From Candidatus Dormiibacterota bacterium (GTDB taxonomy: Bacteria > Chloroflexota > Dormibacteria > CF-121), in the NCBI GenBank assembly GCA_036390825.1, contig DASWBA010000186.1, positions 5,597 through 69,596 on the forward strand: DNA of 64,000 bases. Direction: 5' to 3'. Under the pieces are notes generated by a model. The model searched no databases. It was given only the letters and a program-made list of their open reading frames with translations, and had not been told where the DNA came from. Positions within the stretch are counted from its first letter, which is position 1. Every line of letters starts with the position of its first letter. Shown piece by piece: positions 16,771-25,116 of the stretch. Made by a program: the position numbers and the translations under genes.

Positions 16771-18486
16771 CCCGCGCAGGTGCTGGTTGCCGAAGAGGAT
16801 CCCGAGCGCCGCGACTGCGATGGCGCCCCCTACCGAGAGTGTCATTGCGGCCAGCCAGGTGGTGAAGAGCGGAAAGCGCGTCACCGCGGCCAGCGCGATC
16901 GAAATCAGCAGCAGAAGCGCGCTGGCGCCGCTGATGATGGAGAACAGCCCCATGCCGATGAAGACCCCGACCGGGTGCATCATCCGCCGTGCGTCGGTCC
17001 AGTCGAAGCGGGCGAAGACGGCGCCGATCCCGACCATCAGGGTGGTCACCGCGGCCGCATCGGCGACCGCCAGCAGCACCGCCGTTCCCGCCCATAGCCA
17101 TCCCGGCCGGATGATGATTTCCGCCGTGAGCGCCGCCAGCGCCACCGAGAAAGCGGTCGGCAGGGCGGTCGACCAGCACTTCGCCTGTAAGAAGCGCAGG
17201 CTACTGTTGGGCGAGGCGGCGTAGACCCAAATGCTTTTGCCCTCCAGGCTGACCGCCGACAGGCCGAGGGAAATGCTCAACGAGAACAGCAGGATCCACG
17301 CCGGGATCAGGCCGATCATGGCCGCCGGCGGCCCCTCGCCGAGGCCACGAACCGCGCCCAGCACCCGAGGAAAACGCAGCCCGAAAATGATGAAGATGAA
17401 GACGACGGGCATGACGAAGCGGACGAGCTGAGCCAGATCGCGGGTGCGCATCCTCCAGTCCTTGATCACAACCGCAGCCAGCACCGGGCTCAGCAACGGC
17501 AGCGCGCCCCTCAACCGGCGAACCCTCGGGGTTGCATGGCGCCGCCGGGGTGGGACCGCCTGGATCCATCCCGCCATGTAGAGGCGGCCGTTGAGCACGG
17601 TGCCGGCGGCGAAGATCGCAGCCGAGGCCGCCAGGAGCAGCAGCATCCATTGCCCGGCCGTCACCCAGTCGCCGCCGAGGACGGCCGCCGCACTGCGGCC
17701 CGCCCAGCCCGATGGGAGCCAGGATGAGCTGGCAGCCGGGATGTCGGGCAACGATGGCGCAACCCCGGGGTGGCGAGCGAAGCCGGGATCGCGCAGCGCG
17801 GGGTTGAGGAGAAAGTTGGCCAGGTTGATGCCGATGGCGAGCGCGACGCCAAACAGCGTCAGGACCTCACGGCCGCGCCCAACCGGGATGATGCGGACCA
17901 GCAGCAAGCTCATCAGCGAGATGATCACGACCACGAACACCGGATAGAGAAGGAAAAGCATGGCGTAGGTCAACGGGATTAGTGGGTTGGCATTGACGAT
18001 CGCGAGCAGAACGAGAGCGGGTGCGGTGAACAGCAGGCTCAGCAGGAAAAGGCGGAGCACCTGCACCACCATCCGGCTGGCGAGCACGCTTTCGACCGAG
18101 CGCGGTGCGGCGAGCAGCATGTCGAGGTCGGGATTGAGCAGCAGCGCGTTGAGGCTGAACACAAGGCTGCTGAAGACGAGGACGCCGGTGTACGCGAGAA
18201 AGGCCAGGCTCAGTAGATGGATGGCATCGACCCGTATCGGTACGCGGTGCGACGCCTGCGCGCCGAGCCAGGTGATGAATCCCTCCCAGGACCAGGCGAG
18301 CAGGATGACGGCCGCGCCCGCGATGGTGCCGGCGATTCGCCCTGGCTGCCGGCTGCGGATCGTCTGGTTGATGAACATCTGCAGCTGCACGCGCCATAGC
18401 AGCAGGCCAAGCCCGAGCCCTTCGAGGGCGCCGGCGCCGCGTCTAGCTCTCGAGGCCACGCAATACCGCGCTGACGTCGTCCTCAC
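16756..18486 (-). CDS. polytopic ABC-exporter permease-like membrane protein
   Basis: At least 12 predicted hydrophobic helices. Immediately downstream of, and overlapping, the ABC ATPase gene. Start uncertain (18486 or ATG 18378). Confidence 0.6.
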   Translation of the reverse strand: MRTTSARYCVASRARRGAGALEGLGLGLLLWRVQLQMFINQTIRSRQPGRIAGTIAGAAVILLAWSWEGFITWLGAQASHRVPIRVDAIHLLSLAFLAYTGVLVFSSLVFSLNALLLNPDLDMLLAAPRSVESVLASRMVVQVLRLFLLSLLFTAPALVLLAIVNANPLIPLTYAMLFLLYPVFVVVIISLMSLLLVRIIPVGRGREVLTLFGVALAIGINLANFLLNPALRDPGFARHPGVAPSLPDIPAASSSWLPSGWAGRSAAAVLGGDWVTAGQWMLLLLAASAAIFAAGTVLNGRLYMAGWIQAVPPRRRHATPRVRRLRGALPLLSPVLAAVVIKDWRMRTRDLAQLVRFVMPVVFIFIIFGLRFPRVLGAVRGLGEGPPAAMIGLIPAWILLFSLSISLGLSAVSLEGKSIWVYAASPNSSLRFLQAKCWSTALPTAFSVALAALTAEIIIRPGWLWAGTAVLLAVADAAAVTTLMVGIGAVFARFDWTDARRMMHPVGVFIGMGLFSIISGASALLLLISIALAAVTRFPLFTTWLAAMTLSVGGAIAVAALGILFGNQHLRGLEVG

Positions 18487-19207
18487 GGCTGCCGGTCAGT
18501 TCGAGGAAGATCTGCTCCAGCGATTGCCCGTCCTGTCCGACCATGTGCCGGAGGTCCTGCAGTGTCCCCATCGCCACCAGCCGGCCGTGGTTGATGATGG
18601 CCAGCCGGGTGCACATTCGCTCGGCGATTTCCAGGATGTGGGTGGAAAAGAAGACAGTCTTCCCCTCGCGGCAGAAGTCCTGCAGGATGTCTTTCATCTG
18701 GCGGGCGCTCTGGGGGTCGAGGCCAACCGTCGGTTCATCGAGGAAAAGAACCTGCGGGTCGTGGAGCAGCGCCGCCGCCAGCGAGACCTTTTGTCGCATG
18801 CCGCGCGAATAGCCCGACAGGAAGTCATCGCCCCGCTCCTGGAGGTCGAACAACTTGAGCAGCGCCGCAATTCGGCGATCGCGAAGCCTCCGTTCGACGT
18901 GGTAGAGATCGCCGGAGAACTCCAGGAACTCTCGGGCGCTCAGCTTGTCGTAGAGCGTGGCGGCATCCGGCACGTAGCCGATCAGCGCCTTGGCTTCCTC
19001 GGGCTGGGCCGCGATGTCGATCCCGGCCACCCGGGCGCTCCCGCTGGTCGGTCGGAGCAGGCCGACGAGCATCTTGATGGTGGTGGTCTTGCCGGCGCCG
19101 TTCGGACCGAGGAAGCCGAACAGCTCTCCGGCGCCCACCTCCAGGTCGAGATCCTCCACCGCCGTGAGGCTGCCGTAGCGCTTGGTAAGGAGGCGGGTGG
19201 ACAGCAC
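18443..19207 (-). CDS. ABC transporter ATP-binding protein
   Basis: GPNGAGKTTT (Walker A), YSRGMRQK (signature), LFLDEPTVGLD (Walker B), STH (H-loop). Confidence 0.9.
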   Translation of the reverse strand: MLSTRLLTKRYGSLTAVEDLDLEVGAGELFGFLGPNGAGKTTTIKMLVGLLRPTSGSARVAGIDIAAQPEEAKALIGYVPDAATLYDKLSAREFLEFSGDLYHVERRLRDRRIAALLKLFDLQERGDDFLSGYSRGMRQKVSLAAALLHDPQVLFLDEPTVGLDPQSARQMKDILQDFCREGKTVFFSTHILEIAERMCTRLAIINHGRLVAMGTLQDLRHMVGQDGQSLEQIFLELTGSREDDVSAVLRGLES

Positions 19208-19387
19208 CCTGCCCAGTGTACCGATGGACCGCTAAAAGTGAACCTGGAAGAAAGCCTCCTTGGCGGGGGTGGCGCGCGAATACAACCTGAATTCAGCCTG
19301 TGGCGCGGCGCTGGCGACAGGTTTTCCGCTGTTACAGCGTTGTTGCCTAGAAGGTCGAGCCATGCCTTCAAAGGCCGGACAGCATAG

Positions 19388-20887
19388 ATGGAGGTAGAAC
19401 CGCAGGAAGGGGAGCTTGGCGCCCTGATCAGCAGTCCGGAGTTCGCCCGGATGGTCGACCGCTTTGCGGCCTCGACCGGGCTGCGGCTGCAGGTCTTTGA
19501 CCTCGACGCGCATCCGTTGACACCGGTTGAGGACTACCCGCGTTACTGTCGCCTGCTGCAAGAACGCAAGGCCTGCCCCCTCTACAACGACCCTGATTTC
19601 CTCAAGCGCGGTGAGGAAACCATCGGGGTCTGCAAGTCCGGCGTCGGGCATTTCATCGCCCCGGTGCGCAATGAGAAGGAAGTGCAGATCGGCGCCGTCG
19701 TCGGTCCGGCCGTCCGGAACGCTCCCAACTCCGTCGAAGAATTCGCCGAGCTCGCCTTTCGCCTCAAGATCTTTCCTGACGACTTGATCCAGGCCGCCGA
19801 TGCCGTCCAGGAACATGACGCCGAGAACCTCCTCGGCGCCGGTGAGCTGGTGTCGGTCGGGCTGAACCTGCTCGCCGAAATGCAGGCGAAGGAGCGCGTC
19901 GGTCATGCGCTACGGCGCCTCCAGGCCGAGATCGCCGAGTCGAACACGCAGATGCTGACCCAGCATGTGGTCGACGCCGTGCTTTACCTCACGCGCGCCG
20001 ATTACGCGCTTACGCTCATGATCGACGACAGCGGCTCCGACCTGGCATCGGCCTTCGACCAGACCTCGACCGATCGGCTGGTGGAGGCCAAGCGGCGCCT
20101 CGTGGAAGGCATTGCGGAATGGGTCAAGCACGCCGACCGCACGGTGACAGTGCCCGACATTTCCAAGAGCGCCTGGTCACGTTACCTCACCGACGACAGC
20201 GTCAAGGTGGGGAGCGTCGTCGGCGTCCCGATCCCCGAACAGAAGGCCGGCACGACCTTCGGGGCGATCGTGGTCGGCTTCGACCGCGCGCGCGACGACC
20301 TCGAGGAACCGTTGGCCGCGATGCAGAGCTTCGTCGCCGAGGGGCTGTACGCGCTGGTCATGGGCCGCAAGCTCATGCAGGCCGAGCAACTCGCGCTCCT
20401 CGACCTCCAGTCGGGCGCCTACAGCAGCCGCTACCTGGACGACCTGCTCGACAAAGAGATCAGCCGGGCGTCGCGCTACAGGAACGACCTGGCCGTCGTG
20501 ACCTTCGAGATCGAGGCGTTCGAGGTACTTCGCGGCAAATACGGCGAGGCCGGTCTCGGTCGCATCCTGCGTGAATTTGTCGCCGTCATTCGGGCCAAGA
20601 CACGGCGCGTCAACACCCTCGCTCGGATTCGCGACGGCCAATTTTGCCTTGTGATTCCGGAAGCCGACCGGGCGGTCGCGGTGCGACAGTCGGATCGCCT
20701 GCGACCCGCACTGGAGGAGCATCCCTATGCGGCGACGCCCAGTGGCGACATCGTTCGCATCGCCGTCGATACCGGGGTCGCCGCCAGCGAGCTCGGCAAA
20801 GATGACCGGGCCGCGCTGCTCGCCCAGGCGATGCAAAGCCTCGCCCATGCTCGCACCGAGCGGCGAACCCGCAGCTTCAACCCCTAA
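19388..20887 (+). CDS. PocR-like sensor / GAF / degenerate GGDEF-domain protein
   Basis: N-terminus FARMVDRFAASTGLRLQVF...CRLL...GVCKSGVGHFIAPV resembles a PocR sensory domain. The C-terminal GGDEF fold has RDGQF in place of GGDEF and FEIEAF in place of DIDHFK. Confidence 0.7.
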   Translation: MEVEPQEGELGALISSPEFARMVDRFAASTGLRLQVFDLDAHPLTPVEDYPRYCRLLQERKACPLYNDPDFLKRGEETIGVCKSGVGHFIAPVRNEKEVQIGAVVGPAVRNAPNSVEEFAELAFRLKIFPDDLIQAADAVQEHDAENLLGAGELVSVGLNLLAEMQAKERVGHALRRLQAEIAESNTQMLTQHVVDAVLYLTRADYALTLMIDDSGSDLASAFDQTSTDRLVEAKRRLVEGIAEWVKHADRTVTVPDISKSAWSRYLTDDSVKVGSVVGVPIPEQKAGTTFGAIVVGFDRARDDLEEPLAAMQSFVAEGLYALVMGRKLMQAEQLALLDLQSGAYSSRYLDDLLDKEISRASRYRNDLAVVTFEIEAFEVLRGKYGEAGLGRILREFVAVIRAKTRRVNTLARIRDGQFCLVIPEADRAVAVRQSDRLRPALEEHPYAATPSGDIVRIAVDTGVAASELGKDDRAALLAQAMQSLAHARTERRTRSFNP

Positions 20888-20895
20888 CCTCTGCC

Positions 20896-20924
20896 GTTTC
20901 CCCGCTGGGAGAGCAGGGTCGGGC
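20896..20924. repeat. degenerate copy (E) of the GC-rich palindromic repeat
   Basis: gtttccccgctgggagagcagggtcgggc aligns with ttccctcccccgcttgcggggaagggtagggtgggggtc with several mismatches. Just 3' of the GGDEF-gene stop codon. Confidence 0.3.
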
Positions 20925-20937
20925 TTGTATGCTCGTC

Positions 20938-20966
20938 TTGACAAATACACGTAATTGTGTAAGGAT
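20938..20966 (+). promoter_or_regulatory. putative sigma-70-type promoter with overlapping inverted repeat
   Basis: Perfect TTGACA at 20938-20943. A 16-17 nt AT-rich spacer contains the inverted repeat TACAC-N6-GTGTA (20946-20961), followed by a weak -10 (TAAGGA). It is the only AT-rich patch upstream of the 21008-23633 gene block. Confidence 0.3.
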
Positions 20967-21007
20967 GGGCAGCGTTGCCGCCCGACGACCTTCTCGAGGA
21001 ATCCTCC

Positions 21008-21367
21008 ATGCGCCCATCCTGGAAGCTCGCCCTCATCGGTGGCGAGGTCACCGTGCTCGCCGCCTTCACCGGCCTCGGCATCCATCTGGCGATCCAGCCG
21101 CATCGCACCGCCTTCCGTCCGCCGCCCTTGGTGCTACCGAGCCTCGGGGCGCCCGACATCCCAACCCTGGTGACGCCGGTCCGGCCACCGGCGACCGCCA
21201 CGCCATCAGCCAATAAGCCGGGGCTCGGGTCCGAGCTCTTTCAAAAATTCGGCCGCGAAGATCGCAACCTGTTGGTCGAACAATGGGGCATCCTGCAGCG
21301 ACTCACCGCCGCCATCGAGGCTTATGTCGAGGCGCGCGTGCACGAGCAGATGGGATCCAAACGCTGA
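21008..21367 (+). CDS. hypothetical single-pass membrane protein (Pro-rich linker)
   Basis: ATG at 21008 preceded by GAGGA. TM helix LALIGGEVTVLAAFTGLGIHLAI. Stop overlaps the next start (TGATG). Confidence 0.5.
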   Translation: MRPSWKLALIGGEVTVLAAFTGLGIHLAIQPHRTAFRPPPLVLPSLGAPDIPTLVTPVRPPATATPSANKPGLGSELFQKFGREDRNLLVEQWGILQRLTAAIEAYVEARVHEQMGSKR

Positions 21368-21597
21368 TGGACCAGCTGAAGCATCTCATCGAGGTCTGGA
21401 CCAGCTATGCGCAGGGACTGACCGGCAGCATCGGCGCCCTGGCGTTCGTGTGCGCGTTCATTTGGAAGATGATCGCGATCGAGCCGCGCAGCGTGATGGA
21501 GGCCAAGCGCTGGATCGGCCGCATCGTTTTCGGCACGATCGGCGTCGAGATGGCCGGTCTGCTGGTGCGCGTGCTGGTGGATTCGGTCAATCACTAG
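21367..21597 (+). CDS. small two-TM membrane protein, VirB2/TrbC-like topology
   Basis: 76 aa with two hydrophobic helices (LTGSIGALAFVCAFIWKMIAI and IGRIVFGTIGVEMAGLLVRVLV) joined by a short charged loop. The family call rests on topology and gene context only. Confidence 0.35.
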   Translation: MDQLKHLIEVWTSYAQGLTGSIGALAFVCAFIWKMIAIEPRSVMEAKRWIGRIVFGTIGVEMAGLLVRVLVDSVNH

Positions 21598-21627
21598 CCG
21601 GGTCGAAGGCTGCGCTCCCGATGGTGA

Positions 21628-22503
21628 GTGGTGTTAGAGGTCTTTTCGGGGCTGCTCACTGGTTTCTTCACCAACCTGATCAACGACGTCCGCGATTCGA
21701 TCGCCGGCGGGGTCGAGACTTATTTGCTCAGTACCCACGACCTATCCGCCTTGACGCCGCGACCTCTGACCGAGGAACCGGCGCTGCAGGCGATGTTCCA
21801 CCTGACGCTCGCCATGGCCGACCTCTTACTGCTGTTGGTCTTCACCTGGTCCTTTCTGCGCAGCCAGTGGGAGCGCAGTTTCCGCGCTCATTACACCCTG
21901 AAGGTGATCCTGCCGCGGGCGATGGCGGCGCTGGCGATGGGCCACTTCGCGCTCCTCTTTGGTCAGATGGCGATCGACCTGAACAATGCCATGGTCCATG
22001 CCGTCTGGACCCAGCCGCTCCCGGGTGGCGCCCCGCGTTTGCCCTGGACCTTCCCGTTGAACAACGGTTTTGGTCTCCCGCTCTTCGAGATCGCGATCCG
22101 GTTGGCCATCGTCGTGATGTTGGTCATCGTCGCCTTTACCTACGTCGTGCGTTTCGCTCTGCTCGCCGTGCTGCTGGCGCTAGCGCCGTTGGCATCGATC
22201 TGCATGATCCTGCCCGAGACCAAGCGCTACGCACAGTCGTGGTTGCGGCTCTTCCTGCTCACCGTCTTCATGCAGTTTGGACAGGTGCTGGTGCTGCGCT
22301 TCGCCAGCCTCTTCGCCGACCAGGTTGGCGGGCGCCCGCTTGAGGCGCTCTATGGCGTGGCTGTGCTCTATCTCATGATCAAGGTCCCGGGGTTGATGAA
22401 CGCCTCCTCGCACCTCGAGTCCAAGGCGCAGCACATGGCCGAGGGGCTGGCCAAAAAGGCCGTGAAGGGCGCGATCGGAACCGCCACCCGCGCGAGCGGA
22501 TAG
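21628..22503 (+). CDS. six-TM membrane protein, TrbL/VirB6-like
   Basis: 291 aa, about 6 TM helices, a polar N-terminal segment and a basic C-terminal tail. Position between the small 2-TM protein and a cell-wall hydrolase matches conjugation-type loci. Not verified by search. Confidence 0.35.
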   Translation: MVLEVFSGLLTGFFTNLINDVRDSIAGGVETYLLSTHDLSALTPRPLTEEPALQAMFHLTLAMADLLLLLVFTWSFLRSQWERSFRAHYTLKVILPRAMAALAMGHFALLFGQMAIDLNNAMVHAVWTQPLPGGAPRLPWTFPLNNGFGLPLFEIAIRLAIVVMLVIVAFTYVVRFALLAVLLALAPLASICMILPETKRYAQSWLRLFLLTVFMQFGQVLVLRFASLFADQVGGRPLEALYGVAVLYLMIKVPGLMNASSHLESKAQHMAEGLAKKAVKGAIGTATRASG

Positions 22504-22505
22504 CC

Positions 22506-23060
22506 GTGTTGCCCACAGCCCGCGTCGCCCTTTTCGCCTGGTCCTGGCGACGGCCACTGCTCGCGATCAGTGCTGCCCTCATCGTCGTGCCGCTGCTGAT
22601 GGCCGGCCTGGTGGTGGAGGCGCAGCAGGGGCGAGTCGACCCGCTGTTGAGTCCGGTGGACCATGCCACCCTGACCCAGCCCTTCGGCTGCACGGCCGTC
22701 GAGATCGAGCCCTGGTCGGCGGCGTGCGCTGGCGGCCACTTCCATAGTGGCATCGACCTGGCGGCGCCGATCGATACCCCGGTTCATGCCGCGACCGCCG
22801 GGCTGGTCACGATGCATCGCGAGCGCGGCGGATACGGCCTTTACATCATCGTCGTGCGCGACCCACGGCTCAGCACACTGTATGCGCATCTCGACTGGCC
22901 GCTGGTGCAACGGGGCGACCTGGTTGCCGCGGGACAACCGATCGCACTGATGGGATCGACCGGCAACAGTACCGGACCGCACCTTCATTTCGAGGTGCGT
23001 ATGGGGGGCATCCCGGTCGACCCCATCCCATTACTCACCACAAAAGGAGGTGATCGCTAG
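22506..23060 (+). CDS. M23 family metallopeptidase (peptidoglycan hydrolase) with N-terminal TM anchor
   Basis: HFHSGIDLAAP and GSTGNSTGPHLHFEV (HxxxD and HxH motifs). GTG lies 2 nt after the previous stop codon. Confidence 0.85.
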   Translation: MLPTARVALFAWSWRRPLLAISAALIVVPLLMAGLVVEAQQGRVDPLLSPVDHATLTQPFGCTAVEIEPWSAACAGGHFHSGIDLAAPIDTPVHAATAGLVTMHRERGGYGLYIIVVRDPRLSTLYAHLDWPLVQRGDLVAAGQPIALMGSTGNSTGPHLHFEVRMGGIPVDPIPLLTTKGGDR

Positions 23061-23105
23061 AAGTCGATTCGACTGCTTCAGGCAACCGTTGGAAGGGAGA
23101 AAGAA

Positions 23106-23483
23106 ATGGTCAACAGAGTCATTTTGGTTGGTCGGCTCACACGTGATCCAGAGATCGTGACCAGTCCGAAGGGCCTGACGATCGCCAAGCTGCGGCTGGC
23201 GACCAACAGCTACTCGAAAGACGACGACGGCAACCGGCAGGAGGACGTCCAGTACCACTCGCTGGTGGCATTCGACCGGCTGGCGTCGATCTGCCAGGAA
23301 TTCCTGACGCGTGGCAAGCTGATCTACGCCGAAGGCAGGCTGCGCAGTCACGAGTGGGATGGCAAGGACGGTTTGCGACGCTACACAACCGAGGTGGTGA
23401 TGGATCAGATGAAGATGCTGAGCCCGAAGATCGAGAGCCCGGTGGAGAATACCCAGCCGGTGGCCGAACCGGTGGGCGCATAA
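23106..23483 (+). CDS. ssb: single-stranded DNA-binding protein without the canonical acidic C-terminal tip
   Basis: OB-fold start NRVILVGRLTRDPE and the YHSLVAF...GKLIYAEGRL core. Ends ...PVAEPVGA, with no DDD(I/L)PF-type tip. Confidence 0.85.
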   Translation: MVNRVILVGRLTRDPEIVTSPKGLTIAKLRLATNSYSKDDDGNRQEDVQYHSLVAFDRLASICQEFLTRGKLIYAEGRLRSHEWDGKDGLRRYTTEVVMDQMKMLSPKIESPVENTQPVAEPVGA

Positions 23484-23498
23484 GGAGGATCTCCCACA

Positions 23499-23633
23499 GT
23501 GATTCCTGAACCCGACCCGTATGACCCGGACGACCCGACCTATGAAGACGCCACCGATGAGCTCGCCTATCTCTTTCCGGATCGCTCCAACCCCTACGAC
23601 CTGGTGAACCACGACGAACCCTCGAACTACTGA
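23499..23633 (+). CDS. 44-aa acidic Pro/Asp/Tyr-rich mini-protein, not in the ORF track
   Basis: AGGAGG at 23483-23488, with a GTG at 23499. Peptide VIPEPDPYDPDDPTYEDATDELAYLFPDRSNPYDLVNHDEPSNY. Hand-counted GC3 is about 75%. Confidence 0.4.
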   Translation: MIPEPDPYDPDDPTYEDATDELAYLFPDRSNPYDLVNHDEPSNY

Positions 23634-23718
23634 TCGCCGGCGTTCATCGCCAAAGACCCGATAACATTTGCGCACGCCGGACGCTCCGGAGTGGGGTTCC
23701 GTTCACCAGGAGGTGGCG

Positions 23719-25116
23719 ATGGCGGTGCAGACGCGCCTCGACGAGTGCCTTTCGATCCGCGACGGCCGGTTGTTCATCGAGGAGTGCGACGCGGACGCGC
23801 TCTCGCGGCGCTTCGGCACGCCCATCCACGTGATGTCCGAGGACCAGCTCCGGCGCAACGCGCGCCGCTACCGCCGCGAGTTCGAGCAGCGGTGGACGGA
23901 GGGACCGGTCCTGGTGCTCGCCTCGATTAAAGCGAACTTTGCCCTGGCCACTCGCTGGATCCTGAGCCAGGAAGGATTGGGATGCGACAGCTTCGGCGCC
24001 GGAGAGCTTCATGCCGCACTCGAGGGTGGGGTGCCGCCCGAGCGCATCTCGGTTAACGGCTCGATCAAGGACGCGGCCCTGATTGAGGCCGCCGTCCGGG
24101 CCGGCGCACGCATCACGCTCGATAGCGCCGCCGAGCTGGACCTGGTGCGGCAGGCGGCCGCCGTCTCAGGAAAGCGGGCAGCGATCCGCCTGCGCATCCG
24201 GCCGGACTTCTCGGCATTGACCCAGCCAACCGATTGGTATGAGGACGAGACCTCCATCGCGGAGGCGGCCCGCCTCTACAAAGCCGGCATCCCGACCGAC
24301 GATGTGCTCGAACTCGGACGTCGGGCTCGACGCATGTCGGAGATCGACCTGACGGGCGTCCACGCTCACATCGGCCGCCACACCAACGGCACGGCGCAGT
24401 GGTCACCGATCGTGAGTGCCTATGTCACGCTCCTGGCTACGCTGCGGGAGGCGTGGGACGGCTGGACACCGGCCGAGCTCAACCTCGGTGGCGGCTACCC
24501 GGTGCCGCGTGACCCATTCGGCCGTGGCATGTCCCGCTTGCAAGACCGGGCCGAGCCCGCCCCGGAGCTCGCCGTCTACGCCGAAGTTGTCACCGGCAGC
24601 CTGCGCGACGAGTTGCGCGCGCGGGACTTCGATCCCCGCGGCATTCGCCTGGAGATCGAGCCCGGGCGCGGCATCTACGGCAACGCCGGCATCCACCTGG
24701 CAACGGTTCGGAACATCAAGGAGCAGCACACGCCGACCCCGCATCGCTGGGTTGAGACCGATACCTCGGACATGTTCCTTCCGGACGTGGTCTGGGAACA
24801 CAACCGCTGGACGGCGATCGTCGCCAACAAAGCGGACCGGGCTGGTGCGCTCGTTGCGGACATCGTTGGCCTCACCTGCCAGCCGGACCGCATCGTTCCG
24901 CAGGCGCTTCTCCCGGAGGTACAACCTGGGGATTCGATCGCGTTCCTCGACACCGGCGCTTACCAGGACGGCCTGGCCTGCAACTTCAATGCGCTTCCCC
25001 GGCCGGGGATGGTGCTGGTGCGCGGCGACCAGGCAGAATGGATCAAGCGCCCCGAGACGGTGGCCGATGTCTTCATGCGGGACCTGGTCCCTGCACGCCT
25101 CCGCAACGCGCAATGA
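23719..25116 (+). CDS. PLP-dependent decarboxylase, Orn/DAP/Arg decarboxylase family 2 (diaminopimelate decarboxylase-like)
   Basis: FGTPIHVM, ASIKANF (PLP lysine context), GCDSFGAGEL, LNLGGGYP. AGGAGG precedes the ATG at 23719. Confidence 0.75.
   Translation: MAVQTRLDECLSIRDGRLFIEECDADALSRRFGTPIHVMSEDQLRRNARRYRREFEQRWTEGPVLVLASIKANFALATRWILSQEGLGCDSFGAGELHAALEGGVPPERISVNGSIKDAALIEAAVRAGARITLDSAAELDLVRQAAAVSGKRAAIRLRIRPDFSALTQPTDWYEDETSIAEAARLYKAGIPTDDVLELGRRARRMSEIDLTGVHAHIGRHTNGTAQWSPIVSAYVTLLATLREAWDGWTPAELNLGGGYPVPRDPFGRGMSRLQDRAEPAPELAVYAEVVTGSLRDELRARDFDPRGIRLEIEPGRGIYGNAGIHLATVRNIKEQHTPTPHRWVETDTSDMFLPDVVWEHNRWTAIVANKADRAGALVADIVGLTCQPDRIVPQALLPEVQPGDSIAFLDTGAYQDGLACNFNALPRPGMVLVRGDQAEWIKRPETVADVFMRDLVPARLRNAQ

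Noticed and set aside
17987-19387. 466-aa plus-strand ORF
   Set aside because: Antisense shadow of the ABC ATPase and the permease start.
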